Shown one piece after another: positions 12,714-26,704 of a stretch of DNA of 64,000 bases. Position numbers and translations under genes: made by a program. The first letter of the stretch is position 1. Each line of letters begins with the position of its first letter. The notes under the pieces were generated by a model. The model was not told the DNA's origin and searched no databases. It saw only the letters and a program-made list of their open reading frames with translations. Source of the stretch: Camelus ferus (Eukaryota); assembly GCF_009834535.1 (NCBI RefSeq), contig NC_045697.1, positions 65,164,001 to 65,228,000 of the forward strand, in the 5' to 3' direction.

Positions 12714-15700
12714 CTCTCTGCTCCCACCTAGAGAATCCCCAGCAACAATAACACATATAAATGATGCAGCTGAAAAACAGTGGCTTTCAATTTCTGAAGC
12801 CTAGAAAAATTATGAAGCCATTATTTAAGGAAAAATTTCATGCACGTAAATATAATTAGAGCCGGAGAATAATGAGCTAATACAGTGATCTTATTTTGTG
12901 AAGAGATTAACTGAGATGAGTGGAATTTCTCAAAATTTTAGATTAATGTTGTGTTATTAATCTTCATAAATATCACATCCTGATTTCCCATTAGGTGGAG
13001 AGGGAAGCATTTACAAATGATTAAAATGAGGCACAGAGCAAATAAATTATGAACTTTCCAAGGAAGCACCAACTCATAGTTTTAAACTAAGAAAGGGCAA
13101 ATAGAAATAAAGAGAAACTTGACTGTTCTTTCAATTTCAAGATGTAATTCAAGATTTACTACCTTCAGATTTTTTTCTCAGATTAAAACCTACTCCTTTC
13201 TCTGTGAGATGTAATACATTTTAATATATTTTTATTTCTATATATTTTATAAATACATTTTTACTAATATTTTAATATAGTAGACTCACTAAAGTATTGA
13301 TATTGAATTTGAAAGTAAACTGAATATTTCAAAACGTGGCTTCTTAGATAATATGGATTATTTTTTTCCTTTTTATTGGCACTATATAGTAATATATTTT
13401 AAAACTACAAGCAATTTCTATATTGTGGTTGTGATACTACTAAGCAATGTTTGCTTTTTAAAATATCCCTCTATAGCTATAAATAAAAAAACATATAAAG
13501 TACCAATGTCCTAGGTATTCTTTCATGCTAAAAACAAGTCATCTTTTAAAAGATACAGTGTTTATATTTCAGGATGAGGAAGTAGGGTTAATGAAATCTG
13601 CTATATTAGGAAAACAAGAAAAATAATAAAATAAGAATACCAAATTATGTATAATTATTTTACAGAAGAGACCACTGTTCATTAACATTTTCAAATGTAT
13701 AATGAAAGCTATCAGATTATTTATATGACAAAAAGTGAATTATTGGAAAAGTTGTTTTAAAAAAAATTCCCTCACTTCTTCTGCCCACTGTTAGGAAAAA
13801 AATAACTATGAGAATTTACTGGGAGGGCATGGCCAGGAAAACACATGTGTTATTCATGTACAAGGTTGCTGTTTCTTAGAGATGCACCTAAAACTGCCCG
13901 TGAACTGACAGCTGCTCTTGAGAGCACTGTGTGTCCCAGTGCTGGAAGGGGACACAGCTGGAGAAGCGTGCAGGGCATTTTCATCTTCAAATCAAACACA
14001 AATTTGGAAGACATTTAGTACTACATATGTAACACCTCTGCTCTTGACAGAGGACAGTTTCTGTTCTCTCTCCATTTTCTGGCACCCATGCCAAGCTTTG
14101 GCTCAATGATTCTTTAAAGGGAAGCCTATAAAATACATTACTATTTTCTGGCATTTAATCATGAATGTTTTGTAATTCAAATCTTTTCTTCCTTATTTTT
14201 GTTCCTCCCTCCCTTCCCTTGTTCCTGATAGTGTTTCTTTAGCACCTGTCAAGCTTTAGGTCTTGTTTTAGGTATTGGGGGCCATGGTTAACAGTCGAGG
14301 TCACTGCTCTTGTGGAGCTGACAGTCCACTGGCCAAAAGCTTTATCATTCAAAGGCATAATACATCCATCAACTGAACTTTTAACAATAGACTTCTGAAA
14401 ATTCGTAAGACAAAAAAACTGCAGCACAAGACTAGAGAGGAGAGGGAAAGAGGTAAGAGATAAGAGAAGGGAGGACAGGAGAGAAAGAGAACTAATTTAT
14501 CTTATATCTTTTAGATATTTTAGGGAGATGAAAGGGAGGTTGTGGAATTCTTTGTTATGAGCACTTGTTATCATGGAATTTTAGTGACCTTAAAAGTCCT
14601 GCTACCAAATGTTTTATGTGATCCACTCTTTTGTGGATATAATTTAGGACCTGCTATCCTGAGAACTTCGCCTCTCAATGGGCCTTCTCTTGAGAGCTGT
14701 AGTCAGTACCTGACACCTTGGACATCCTGGCTTTAAGTAGACTAAGGTTGCACTCAGTTTAAGGAGAAAAATACCTCTTCTGATTCTACAAATATTTTTG
14801 TACCATTTTTTATAGCTGTTATATAGTTCCATCTGAAAATTTGCCAGCAGATTCTGTGTGTTTCAGTCTAGGCATAATTGAAGAGTAGCAAGTTTTATAA
14901 AGAGATTAATCTAAAGCAATGTGAGGAATTCCAGGGGTTCCAGTGGTCTGTCATTCAGTAAGGATGTAAGGAATCTCAGAAAGCCAGGAGAACTTCCTAA
15001 AGCACCTTGGTAAAAATATCTCTCAGTTCAACCTGCCTCATAAGTCCTGTCATAGTGTAGCTTATGATTATGAATGTGGGGCTATTTTCAGCTACCAAGT
15101 AGCCCTGATAATATCACCTCATTTATAAGTTATTCTTGGAACATGGAAATAGGAAGTTTCAGAGGTCAGGGCCAGAACCAAAGAATGATTTTGAGCTAGT
15201 TTGCAGGAGTCATTGCAAAAAGAGAGAAGATAGAACTAAACTAGTCGTCCAGGTTTATCTTGGGCAGGATCACAGACCTGAATATTAAAACACTAATGTA
15301 AGGGTACTTTTCTGTGGGCATTCAGACTACCAGCAGAGTTTTAAAGAAATCAAAAACATGACATTGAAACGATTTTTTGCAAAGCAACCTAAAAGCATTC
15401 TCACGCATGTTCTTAAGTAATTATATCTTGCCTCTTATTATCCTACAGGGTAAAATAGGTATTTCCTCTCTTACTCTTATTGGAAACTATTAATGTTGTC
15501 TGTCAGAATGCAAATAAGCTAACTTTGCTTGGGAACTTTGGTTATGTGAAGCAATCCAGTGTTACATGACATTTAATGTTTGCCTTTTTTTGTAGGTACA
15601 GTCATAGTTTTATTTTCTCTTATTAAGGAGATGTCCACAGAAGGAAAGCATTGTATAATATTGAGGCTGAAAGATAGAATTTATGCTAAATATAATTTAG

Positions 15701-15894
15701 AAATTGAGTCCCATTTCTCAGAAATGACCAAAAATTTAAGCTATAAAAATAGGCTGGCACCCATGGGTTGAGGTACAGCTGCTATAACCACACTTTTTAT
15801 TAAAGAACAATATCTTCCAAGTTCATCAGCTCTTTCAGGTCTTTCTATCCTGAAGGCCACTACAGGTCTTATTTTTGTTATACAATATGACATT

Positions 15895-16199
15895 TATTTT
15901 TTTTTAATTGACATATAGTTGATTTACAATGGTATGTTAGTTTCTGGTGTACAGCAAAGTGATTCAGTATATATATATATATATATACACACATACACAC
16001 ACATGTGTGTATGTGTGTATATTCTTTTCCATTATAGTTTATTACGGATTGAATATAGTTCCCTGGGCTATATAGTAGGACCTTGTTTATTTTATATATA
16101 ATATATTTATATGTATTTTGTATTTGCTAATACCAAACTCCAAACTTATCTCTCCCCATCTCCCTTTCCCCTTTGGTAGCCATAAGATTGTTTTCTATG
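15895..16199 (-). mobile_element. 5'-truncated artiodactyl/camelid-type L1 3' end with 11-bp TSD
   Basis: T-tract then tagttgatttacaat...gtttctggtgtacagcaaagtgattcag...gaatatagttccctg; TSD aatatgacatt at 15884-15894 and 16200-16210. Confidence 0.88.
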
Positions 16200-16332
16200 A
16201 ATATGACATTGATATTAATTGACATCACCAAATCCTTAAAACTTGTGTCAAGTGGAAAAAAAACCTGTTATCTCGCCATGATTCATGTTCATCCAAATAT
16301 CTATATCCAGTATCACACACATATTTGCCCTT

Positions 16333-17010
16333 GTGGAGAGTTATAGCCAACTGTGAAGTTAAAGGGACCACAGTCCACGTTAGGATTACCCTCACTTCTG
16401 ACACCAACTCCAAATTCAGAATGTTTCCAAAACCACCCTCAGGTTTGATAATTTGCTACAAGGACTCACAGAAAGCTTTATACTCTTGGTTCTGCTTTAT
16501 TATAGAGAAATGATACAGATAAAATCCTCCAAAGGAAGAAACTCTTAAGGCAGAGTCTAAGAAAGTACCAAACATGGAACTTCTGTTGTCCTCTCCTTGT
16601 GGATTCCAGGCAGCCTTATGTTTTTGGCATTGATGTGAGGCAACGTACATAGAGAATTGTTATCCAGAAAAGGTCACTTGAGCCTCAATGTCCAGAATTT
16701 TTATTAGGGCTTTATTATGTAGGCATGATTGATTGTCCCCGTGGTTGATCTCAAGAGGTCTAGTTGCATGGACCAAAGCTCTGGCTCTAAATCATACTAT
16801 TTCTGGCATGGTCAGTCCCCACCCTAACTACTATCTGATATGACCAACTCTCACCCTAAAATCATATTGGCAGTCTATCCAACATGACCCATGGCCCCCG
16901 GGAAATCAAAGATATTCCAATCAGGTATCACATTCCCAGGGTCTAGTGATCACCTCCGCTAGCTGAGGGCAAAGGCCAGAGCTCACTTTAGGAAAGGATA
17001 AATTCAAAGG
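16333..17010 (-). mobile_element. MER21-family LTR (MER21C-like)
   Basis: cacttctgacaccaact, accaccctcaggtttgataatttgcta, gatacagataaaatc, gagggcaaaggccaga are MER21 motifs. Confidence 0.82.
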
Positions 17011-17204
17011 TCCTAAACATTAATTTGAACAAACAGACTAACCACCTTGACTGCTAGTTTAAAAAGGTTCACAAAATCTTAGACTGCATTAATTGAAGTA
17101 ATGTTCACCCTATTCTGGTTGATAAGACCCTATATGGAGTTGTACTTGCACACATTAGGAAGAGAGAAACAAAGAAATCAGGGAAGAGTCTATACATTTT
17201 ATGC

Positions 17205-17535
17205 CATTTATTAATTCACTCATCTTACGTTGGCCCAGCAAACATGTTTGGGGGAAACTACTATGTGCCAAGCCCTCTGCTTATTGTGATTAATGTTGAA
17301 CATAGACAAACATAGTCATAAACTATGATCGGTACTGTAATGGCAATATGCAAAGTACCTATGCAAGATAAATGATCAGTTCTGCCTTGGAGGCTTGTCT
17401 TCACAGAGGAGAAAACCTTTGAGCTGCCTTTCAGCTGGTCTGGAGGAATGTCTAGCGGTCTGCTGGGTTGATGCTGTGTGGGAAGGTGTACAGGGATATC
17501 CAGGCAGGGAAACAACATAGGAAAAGAAGAATGAA
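17205..17535 (-). mobile_element. L2 3' fragment
   Basis: attcactcat...ctactatgtgccaagc...gcttgtcttcacagagga...ccaggcagggaaac. Confidence 0.65.
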
Positions 17536-18525
17536 GCAGCATAACATGTTTTCAGTAACATTTAACATCAAAGCAGATTTAGACAAATTAAACAAAAAGC
17601 TCTAAGGACAAAAAAAGGTAGTTTTCAGTTAATGGAAGACAACAGGCAAGGCAGTCAGTCCGTCCTGTGTGGTTTGAGTTGTTTGTACTTAAACTCTGTA
17701 TGTCCGCATTGTATTTGTCTAAAACCAAGCTTTGGTGCTACAGACTTGAAGGATTAAAAACTCAGAATAAGCAAGCCAGTAATAGTAGTAATCCAATCCC
17801 TGGCACACAATACAACGATATTTCACTCTGCTTGGGAAAGCTTTCACAGTTGTTGCATTGCTCATTGAAAGCAACTTTTATATACTACGTGGCTGTTGGG
17901 TTTGAACTGCTTTCTATCCTAACAATGCTTCCTTATATACTCACCAAATATGTCTTGGTAAATGTGTAACCTTTATTTAGTGCAGGCTTTACATTATATT
18001 ACATTTCTTATTTCTTCCCTGGGCAAACTCTATCCCACTGAATACCAAGGCGTATAACTCACTCTGTCTAATGTTTCAATGGAAAAAAACACCAGAACAG
18101 TGCATACACAGTATGTTAAACAAACTCAACTTAGAACATAATAAAAAATGTATCTTTATTCTGGCCTCTGAGTCTCTCTATAAAATTTATTCAGTGAAGG
18201 TTATCTTCCCAGCCCATCCTTGAAAATATGGCAGACATATTTTTCAGTTTATCCTTAAATAGTATGCATTCTTACAATCATTTTAAGAACTAATATAATC
18301 ACCATTCATTAAAGAGATTCCCAGTACAAGACTGTATCAAAAAATTGTAACTAGATACAGTAGACAATGTTTTTCCTCTCCCCTGCTCAGATCTATGTGT
18401 GAAAGGCAGCCTAAGCTTTTCTCCCTTCTTCTCATCCTGTCTCTCAAGTTCTACCAGGATTCGGGTGGGGGACAGTGGAGGACAATATAAGACCAGTTAC
18501 TTGCACTAGCTTCCCATAATTTGGG

Positions 18526-18754
18526 TTTTTTTTTAAATTATATATATATATAATAGAAGTAGGTCCATTTTACAATATTGTATCCATTTCTGGTGCGCAG
18601 CACAGTGCTACAGTCTTAGATAAACATACATATATTGGTTTTCATGTTCTTTTTCACCATAAGTTACTACAAGATATTGAATATAGTCCCATGTGCTATA
18701 TAATATGAACTTGTTTATCTATTTTATATATATTAGTATATCTGCAAATCTCGA
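18526..18754 (-). mobile_element. 5'-truncated artiodactyl/camelid-type L1 3' end
   Basis: tttacaatattgtatccatttctggtg...gttactacaagatattgaatatagtcccatgtgctata; homologous to the copies at 15895 and 51738; imperfect flanking repeat aatttg..tttt. Confidence 0.85.
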
Positions 18755-18770
18755 AATTTGATTTTAACCC

Positions 18771-19296
18771 TGTATTAGTTGTCCGCTTTTTATGTAAGCT
18801 GTCATCCCAAAATTTAGCAGGTTAAATCAACAAAAAATTAATGATCTCATTGTTTCTGTGGGTTAGTAGATTGGGCCTGGCTTCATTTGGACCTCTAGCT
18901 CAGGGTCTCTCCCAACCCTGCAATCAAGATATCTATCTGTTAGCTGAGCTACACGGGGAGAATTCACTTCCAGACTCCCTCCCATTGCCATTGACAGCTC
19001 CAAATAGTCGCTGGATGAAGCCAACTTCAGTTCCTTGTCACATGAGCCACTCCACAGAGCAGCTCACAAAGTGGCCTCTGGCTTCTCTCACAGCCAGTGA
19101 ATGAAAGGGGAGCTCAAAACAGAAGCCATCGTCTCTTTGTAGTCTAACCTCCAGAGTGACATCCTGACAATCGGTACTCTGTTTACTAGAAGCAAGTTAT
19201 AAGGTCAGCGTTCTCTCCAGGGTAGGGAATAGCACAAGGCCATAATTACTAGGAGATGAGAATAATTGGGGGCCACCTTGGAGAATATGTACCATA
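18771..19296 (-). mobile_element. MaLR solo LTR (MLT1F-like)
   Basis: Starts tgtattagtt, ends taccata; contains gctcagggtctctc, ttcacttccag, actagaagcaagt; flanks aaccc/atccc fit a 5-bp TSD with one mismatch. Confidence 0.8.
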
Positions 19297-21070
19297 ATCC
19301 CGCTGGGCCAGGAAGCTTTTAAAGAATGATTCTCTGCCTCGGGAACTGCTGTGTGCTTTTGGGAGATTCCTGTCACTAGAGACCTCTCACCCATGGTTAC
19401 TTTGATCAAGCAATGCATCTCTATTTCAGGGGATCATTTAGGGTTCCTCCATTAGCCTCTCAAACAAGATGGCCTTAATAGCCTTCTTAGGATCTAAAAC
19501 ACCTCTCTCCTCCTAGGAATGCATATCTGGTACACCAAAATATCTTCTATACTGCTACCAATGATAGGAGTGCAGATTGATCCCAGCACAGCCGCTCTCT
19601 ATTATATATGCTGCCAAGATGCTCATTTACACACAGTGCCACATAATTCAGTCTCGTACTCTCCTGTCACTTGTACACTCTCTACTCTTATGTCTCTTGG
19701 TAAAACAATCCTTATTAAAAAAACTAATGCATTTTAGTATGGAAACAGATACTCTAGGAAAATTATTATATACTTAATTACTGGAAATCAAACTCATTTA
19801 AAATACAATCACTATCTTCAGGGAAAAAATATCTTTATTATTTTCCAAATAATCATAAAAAGATAAGGAAATTAACCAGTAGAACCAATAAATTAACCGA
19901 AACACATAGCAAACATAGCTTTTAGATGCCTTTAGCTGTCACCGAAATGAAGTATAATTTACTTTCTTTTGTTTATGACTAGCAATACTCTCATATTTCT
20001 CTGTGGTCCCACTCTATTGGGGAGTTTCTGCATTCCATTAGGCTCTGATTACTGGGTAGTGGTGGTGCAATTTAACACTTTCATAGTATTGGCATGAAAT
20101 TATAGTAAATAACTGGGAAAATGAAAAAAACACAGCTCTTATTCTGTAAGAAATAAGTGATTTCACCTTTGTTTTATCTAAACAGTTGATAACGTTGGAT
20201 AAAATTTGCCAATCTTATTAACTAAAGATAGTAATGAGTAAAGAATTCACAGTAGGAAAAGTACAAAGCATTATGTCTATAGATTGTTGGCCCTAAAATA
20301 TATAGCTGTTCTACTTATTGCATAACTCTGGAACATTCCTTAGTTTTTCAGTGTAGTTGATAGAGTATAGGTAAACATCCCTTTTTTATTTTAATTTGAA
20401 GATTAGCACTTGTTTGAGCATCTACAAAACACCAAATTTCTCTGCAACTTAATTTCACTGTTTGTGTAAGAGGAAGACAGGATAAGTGACCTCCCAAGTC
20501 CCTGCTACCTCTAGGATCCTGTAATTGTATTAGAAGTGCTGGCATAGTCTCTTCTTGGGGAAGTAGAAAGAACAAAAGAAATACATTCGTGAACCCTCTC
20601 CATATAGATTACAAAGACATTAAAGAAAACATCACTAATAATGACAGCAGTAACTAAGAAATAAAAGGGTTTTGACTGGTGCACATAGTCTAAGATTTGA
20701 AGGGTAATTTTAGGCCAAGGTGGTAACAGACATTTTGGTACATGAATTTGGCCTTAAAGTTTAGCAGGATTCTCATAGTCAGAAGTAAATCTTAGAGACA
20801 GTGTTTTTTCCTATTCCTCTCCTTCACACTGTAACAATGGAAAGGGTACATGGTTACTATCAGCAGGAGCAACTAGACCAAAACCCATCAGAATGGATAC
20901 AGCTTTACTTCTGCCCTGGTTAACTGTGATAACTTCAGCTGGAACCACTTTCAAATATAGGAGAAAAGAAATCTTTTGAAAAGCATGTGCAACAGGCACC
21001 ATCGGGAATAAGTGTGCAAGTTGGTCTGTGGTTAATCTAAAATGATATTTGGCTTTGCATTGCCTATATT

Positions 21071-21138
21071 AATCAAAGAGAAAATTGGAGGTTTTTGTTG
21101 TTGAAAAATCAAAGAGAAAATTGGAGGTTTTTGTTGTT
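21071..21138. repeat. Perfect 32-bp direct duplication with a 4-nt spacer
   Basis: aatcaaagagaaaattggaggtttttgttgtt at 21071-21102 and 21107-21138. Confidence 0.97.
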
Positions 21139-23139
21139 ACTGCTGTTTAAGCATCCTGGTTAATTAACTCATTTTTCCTTGCATATACTGAACTTTCTGA
21201 GGTAACCTAGGCATTTTTACAAAGTGCATTACTGATCACTTAAATGTATTCAAGCCATAATCATGTAGATGATGACCTTGTGGCCTGATAGAGCTTATGT
21301 GAACCTTGTGCGTGCTCTAGGGCATTTCTGATCAATGCAAGGTATCATTAGTGTCACGGAAAGTTAGAATATGCAGCATATGTCCTAAGGATTCACATTA
21401 GTAGTTCCTGGGCACCAATTATGTTATGTCTTTAGGACACTAAGAAAAGATTTTTAATTGAATAAATGCTAATGAACATGGAGAGAAAGTAGCTAATAAT
21501 TTAAGCAGATGCACATTCATATTTTACAGTTACTGAAAGACTGTATTTGCTACTGTTGAATTTTTCTGAAGTCCATGAAGGTGGTACAGTAGGGATATTT
21601 CTGTGCTGCTGCTGCTCAAAAGGCAGTATACACAAGCTAAAGAAAATCTGAGATTGCAAATTTTGAGTCTATTTAATTCTTCTGCCTGTTTACAGGTATC
21701 TCTCATAACTCCACGGCCTCATGCACAGCCCCACGGAAATCTACAAACTAATAAAGGGCTGTGATGTTCCAGACGTGTGTCTGGCTAGCCTTGTCTATGT
21801 GCCTTCTTTGTCTTTATCTTCATCTTTTTCCTCCTAGTGCCTCTAGCTTTGACATCCTGTCACATCTGTTCCTATGGTGAGTGTCTTGGTTCCCCCAAGT
21901 TCATGGCTTGTCTCTTCCGTTATATCACAGTGGTCCAAAACTTCTATTTACTGACTTCATTTCACTTAGTATACTACGCACTATACACTGTCCAGCTCTT
22001 TCTCATTTCTCATCCCACCTTTACAGATCAGGAGATGATTCTATGAATGATTCTGCCTACCACTTTATTATCTGAAACATTATTCTCTTATACTTTGGTT
22101 TTCTACTTTCACATGTATGTTTTTATATAGACTCTGAAGAAATGGAGACCATGCCGTGAACTCCATGTTATGAGTAGTCGTTTCGTAAGCAAAGAAGTTC
22201 TGGGCACTGCATAATGCTGTAATATTTTAGAATTTAGTATGGTATCAGTAACATAAAATAACTTTGAGAAGAGCAGGCTTAATTACTCAGTGTCTTAGAA
22301 AAAATATGTTTAATTTTAAAAGTGGCAGTCAAAGATACAAACACATGTAGAATGCTTAGAAGTCTTATAGAATATAAGGTAGTCATCAGAAAAGGCACTG
22401 ACATTTGTTGTATATTTGAATCTGTGTAATAAAAAATCACTGTCATAAACTTTAAATAAGTAAATCAAATTTTGCTATAACTGTCAAATGCTCTTCTAAT
22501 ATTTGCAGTTTCATTCATGTTCCTCTCTTTATTTCCCTCACGATATTACATCTTTGGCACATTTAAGCCGTGACCAGTGATGACCAATAATGATCTCTGT
22601 CAGTCATTCTTCAGGTATCTAGTTTTTGTGATAAAAATGCCAGGATTCTCCACTGAATTTCTTCTGAAATGCACATTTTTCTTTCACCTAAAGGGCAATG
22701 TAGAGTAAGAGAAATAGTGAAACCTTCCAAGATAAAAAATGAATGCTGAAGGAATTTCAACATTTGAGACTCTCATAACCATTTAAAGCCACCTTCCTTT
22801 ATATATATATAAAGGATTTAGAAAGTTTTCAGAAGCTGATTTAAATACTTATTTTAAAAAATTATAAATTGTGTTCAAGATCTTTTAGTATCTGAAAGAA
22901 TATTCTGAGGAATAACCCTATACTAACATTTTAATTATAGTGGTTTTCGATAAGAATAATTCACTAATTTTCCTTACTCTTTTTATGAGGAAAGACCTCT
23001 TCATCTTCCATCTCCATCGTTCATTGACAAGTGGGATGTCTGAATCATATTCATTTAGAATGCACCATGCAAGCGTTTTCACACTAAGTCGTTTAGCTTT
23101 GTCTATTTGCCTTAAGTCTTGCAATCGAATCTACTAAAA

Positions 23140-23945
23140 TTTCATTGCCAAAGTATAAAATAAATACCCATGAGTCCATTCTGATGAGTAAATGATTGAA
23201 TAAATTAATGGGAGAGAAGAAACAAATTTCCCAAGTAGAAGAACCCCAAATAATTTTGTAGCTATTCCACCCTCAAGCAGAGGGAGTATAGCTTCCCACT
23301 CCTGAAATGTGTGAGATACATAGTGTCTTCCTTCCAAAGTCTAAAGCATGGAAAAGGGTAACTTCACTGTAGAAAAACTTGACAAACACCATCTCAATCA
23401 GTTGATCAAGGCCAATATCAACAGTTATAAATCATGTACGTAGTATGTACACTTGATAGGATGACATGATGTGATGGAAATGACACTTTACCTTTGGTCT
23501 TCCTTCCAATAACTAATAATCAACAAGTCTTATCATGAATTAAAAAATCCCAGAAAATTCCAGTAATGAGGCATCCTACAAAATACCTAACCATTACTCC
23601 TCAAAACTGTCAAGGTTATCAAAAATAAGGAACGTCTGCAAAATTGCCAGCCAAGAGAAGCCAAAAGAGACATGGCAACTAAATGTAATGTGGTGTCCTG
23701 GTTCGAATCACAATACAGAAAAAGGACATTAAGCAAAAACTAAGGAAATCTAAGTTAAGTATGGACTTAATCATAATGGATCAATATTGGTTAATTAATT
23801 ATTGTAATATATGTATTATGCTAACATAAGATGTTAATAATTGTAGAAAGTGAGTTGGGATATATGGGACCTCTGTATACTATCTCCTTAAAATTTCTCT
23901 AAATCTAAGTTGGTTCTGAAAAAATAGTATTTGAAAAAGAAAAGA
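23140..23945 (+). mobile_element. L1MC1/L1MC2-like 3' UTR
   Basis: gatcaaggccaatatcaacag, tactcctcaaaactgtcaaggttatcaaaaataagg, ctaaatgtaatgtggtgtcctg, taagatgttaataat, then an A-rich end. Confidence 0.85.
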
Positions 23946-24919
23946 CATTTAGTTGCTTATGTATCATTATATTTGAACTACACTGGTTTTGTACCATTGC
24001 TGATTCACTAAATCTTCACCTCACCTCAAAAACAATCAGAATTATTGTACTTAACATAGATTTATACTAAAAATTTAATCAAAATAATATTTAACATTAG
24101 ATCAGTGTCATTATAGGAAGTAAATTCACTTTTTCCTAGAGGGTCAAATCCTTGTTTTTAAATAATCTAGATGACTGAAAAACTATCTTTTCCAATGATT
24201 TTTCACCCCAGACAGACCTTATGGATCACCCTGGTTGGCTATTGTAATTTCTCCCCTAGAACATTTAGATGTACCTTCAAGAAAAACAAAAACTTCATCT
24301 ATCTTAAGGAGAAAATAAGACTCTGGGACCAAAAGACTTCTCTAATTCAGCTCAGAGGTGAAGTTCTGGGAAAGAAACGGAGTAAAAATTTTTAACCTGG
24401 AAATCAGAGTTTGCAAATATATGCTGATGATATGTAGGCTAATAGGTTAAACAGTGTTCCTTTTCCAGTAAAGGGTCTTTGCTGAGTATGTTGGGTGACC
24501 CACTTAGGATGATGGTGCCCACTGTCATTCTCAGTAAGTCACCTGTGCACCACTCTCGGCTGACTAGAAGCCTATGCCAAGATTGAACATCTGAGTACCA
24601 GCCAGTGTCTATTCTGAATGTTTGGCTAATACAGGAATCACTTATCATTTCACAAGCAGGAGAGAAGTTGCTGTTCTTCCTCTTGTATCCAGCACTTTTC
24701 TGCTTTCTAGTGTACCTGCGTCTTTTAAGTTTCTGTAGTTTTCTCTCTGCTTTTCAGTGAGTCTACTGCTCTGCCTAGAGGATGGGTGTCTCAGTTGGAT
24801 ACCTGGTTTCTTCTCTATGGGACTTCCTGAACAAATTCCTGTCCATGGCAAGCCATTGGCTTCTGGAAAGCACAGTTATTTGACAAAAGGCTACAGAAAT
24901 GCCTCCAACACCCATCAAA

Positions 24920-24943
24920 TGTGTGTGTGTGTGTGTGTGTGTG
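24920..24943. repeat. (TG)12 microsatellite
   Basis: Read directly. Confidence 0.95.
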
Positions 24944-26704
24944 AAAATATGTAGAAAAGTTCTTGGGCACTTATTATAAACCTTTCCAGCTGGGAGGAAC
25001 ATAGGGGAAATGAGACACTCTTTACAGTAAGATAGTTAAGGGAAAAGAAAGCAAATTCCTTATTTTTCTTAAAGAAAACAGACTCTGCACTCTTTGTTAT
25101 GGAAAGAGACAGTTATGGGTCTGAGGTAGAGGCAGCCTTTGACATTTCCTTTTCTGGAGCATAGTGTTATCTGAATAAAATTAAGAAAGAATTAGGAAGA
25201 AAGTTTTGATCCACTGGCATCTAGTATGATGGAGAAAACTTGAACTTATGAAGAAAAATTTTCAACTTGGCCCTTGGGTTTATTAAAAGGCCTTGATTTC
25301 TTTAGGGGCTGCTAGCTAAAGCAGAACACAACACCTGGGTGAATATCTCTGTATTACAAGGACAAGTTAAACAGAGCAACACCTCTAATAATAGTAATTT
25401 ATTACAGCACTAAAACGGTGGGAACTAAAGGCTCTACAAAGTAATGGTGGACTGAGACTTTAATTTCCACATTAAATTAGCATAGTATATAAAAGTATTA
25501 TTCTGTTTTAAAATGAGTTATATTTTTCTTAAAGTGGAAAACTTAAAAATACAGGGAATTTCAGAATAATACATGAGTAGCTTGGTTTTGCCTCCCACTA
25601 CATTGTCATTGTGTTATATACAGGTAAGAATACAAAACTCTCATGAAAGTAATTATAAATTACTAATATCTAATTATCTAGGATATATACATACAATTCG
25701 GTATTATCAAAAGTAACAAAAGATCACAATTTTGTATATTTTATTTTGATTCCCTGTTTTCCTTGTTCTTTCATTAATTGCAATTCAAAATATTATTTTG
25801 TTGATTTGTACTTCATTAGTATTAAATTAATAAATAAGAATCTGAAAGTAGTCTCTCTAAAAACCATTAATGCATTAATACGACTTTTACAGCACAAAAT
25901 TTGTCCAAAGACAAAAGCCGCCAGCAGAATAAAGTCATTAAATGTGTTTATCACTATTACACAGAAAATAAAATATTTATCTTTTTAGAATTGTATCAGG
26001 GGAATGTAGGGAAATGAAAAATGTTATGACTTTAAAGTGGTATAACTGAAAATATTTTCTTTCAATATTTCCAGAAAGATACAATTCTTTCCCATTTTCT
26101 TAAATACCAGAACAACACATATGCCCAAAGTTAGTCAAAATCATAGTCTTACCCAGTAAAATTCCATGTTTCCACAGAGTTCTTGCCTTTCTATTTATGC
26201 TCTATTAATCACTAGTAATTATTGTACTTTCTCTTTCTATATTACAATTGGTAGAATAAATCCCTGTGAACATAAAAAGCCCAAGGATAAGTGACATTTA
26301 ATATCAAAGAGCATCCTTCCTGAAAGTACATTGCATGATTTCAAGAAATTATGCTGTACTAAATATTTTTTTCTTTTATCTTAATCCAGTCCTAGAACAG
26401 AAATATGCATTTATTATTTTTGAAAGCAGAGCAATCATTACTAGAAAACAAAAATTGTCTATATGATCTTATAGCTAATAGTGTACGGCCTTGCAAAATG
26501 GCGAAAGTTCAGGATGGTAGTGGCATCTTCATTTAATATTGTTGTAATAGCCAGTCAACCATTAAATAAAAGTTTCTGAAATCCTGGTATCTCCTCTTAG
26601 TCTTATTTTTAATTAAAGCTGCAGAGAATCATTGATTGAAATGTCTTTTATCCTCTTATTGCTCTTTAAATTTTTTTTTACCTCAGTCTTTTATACTCCT
26701 CCTT

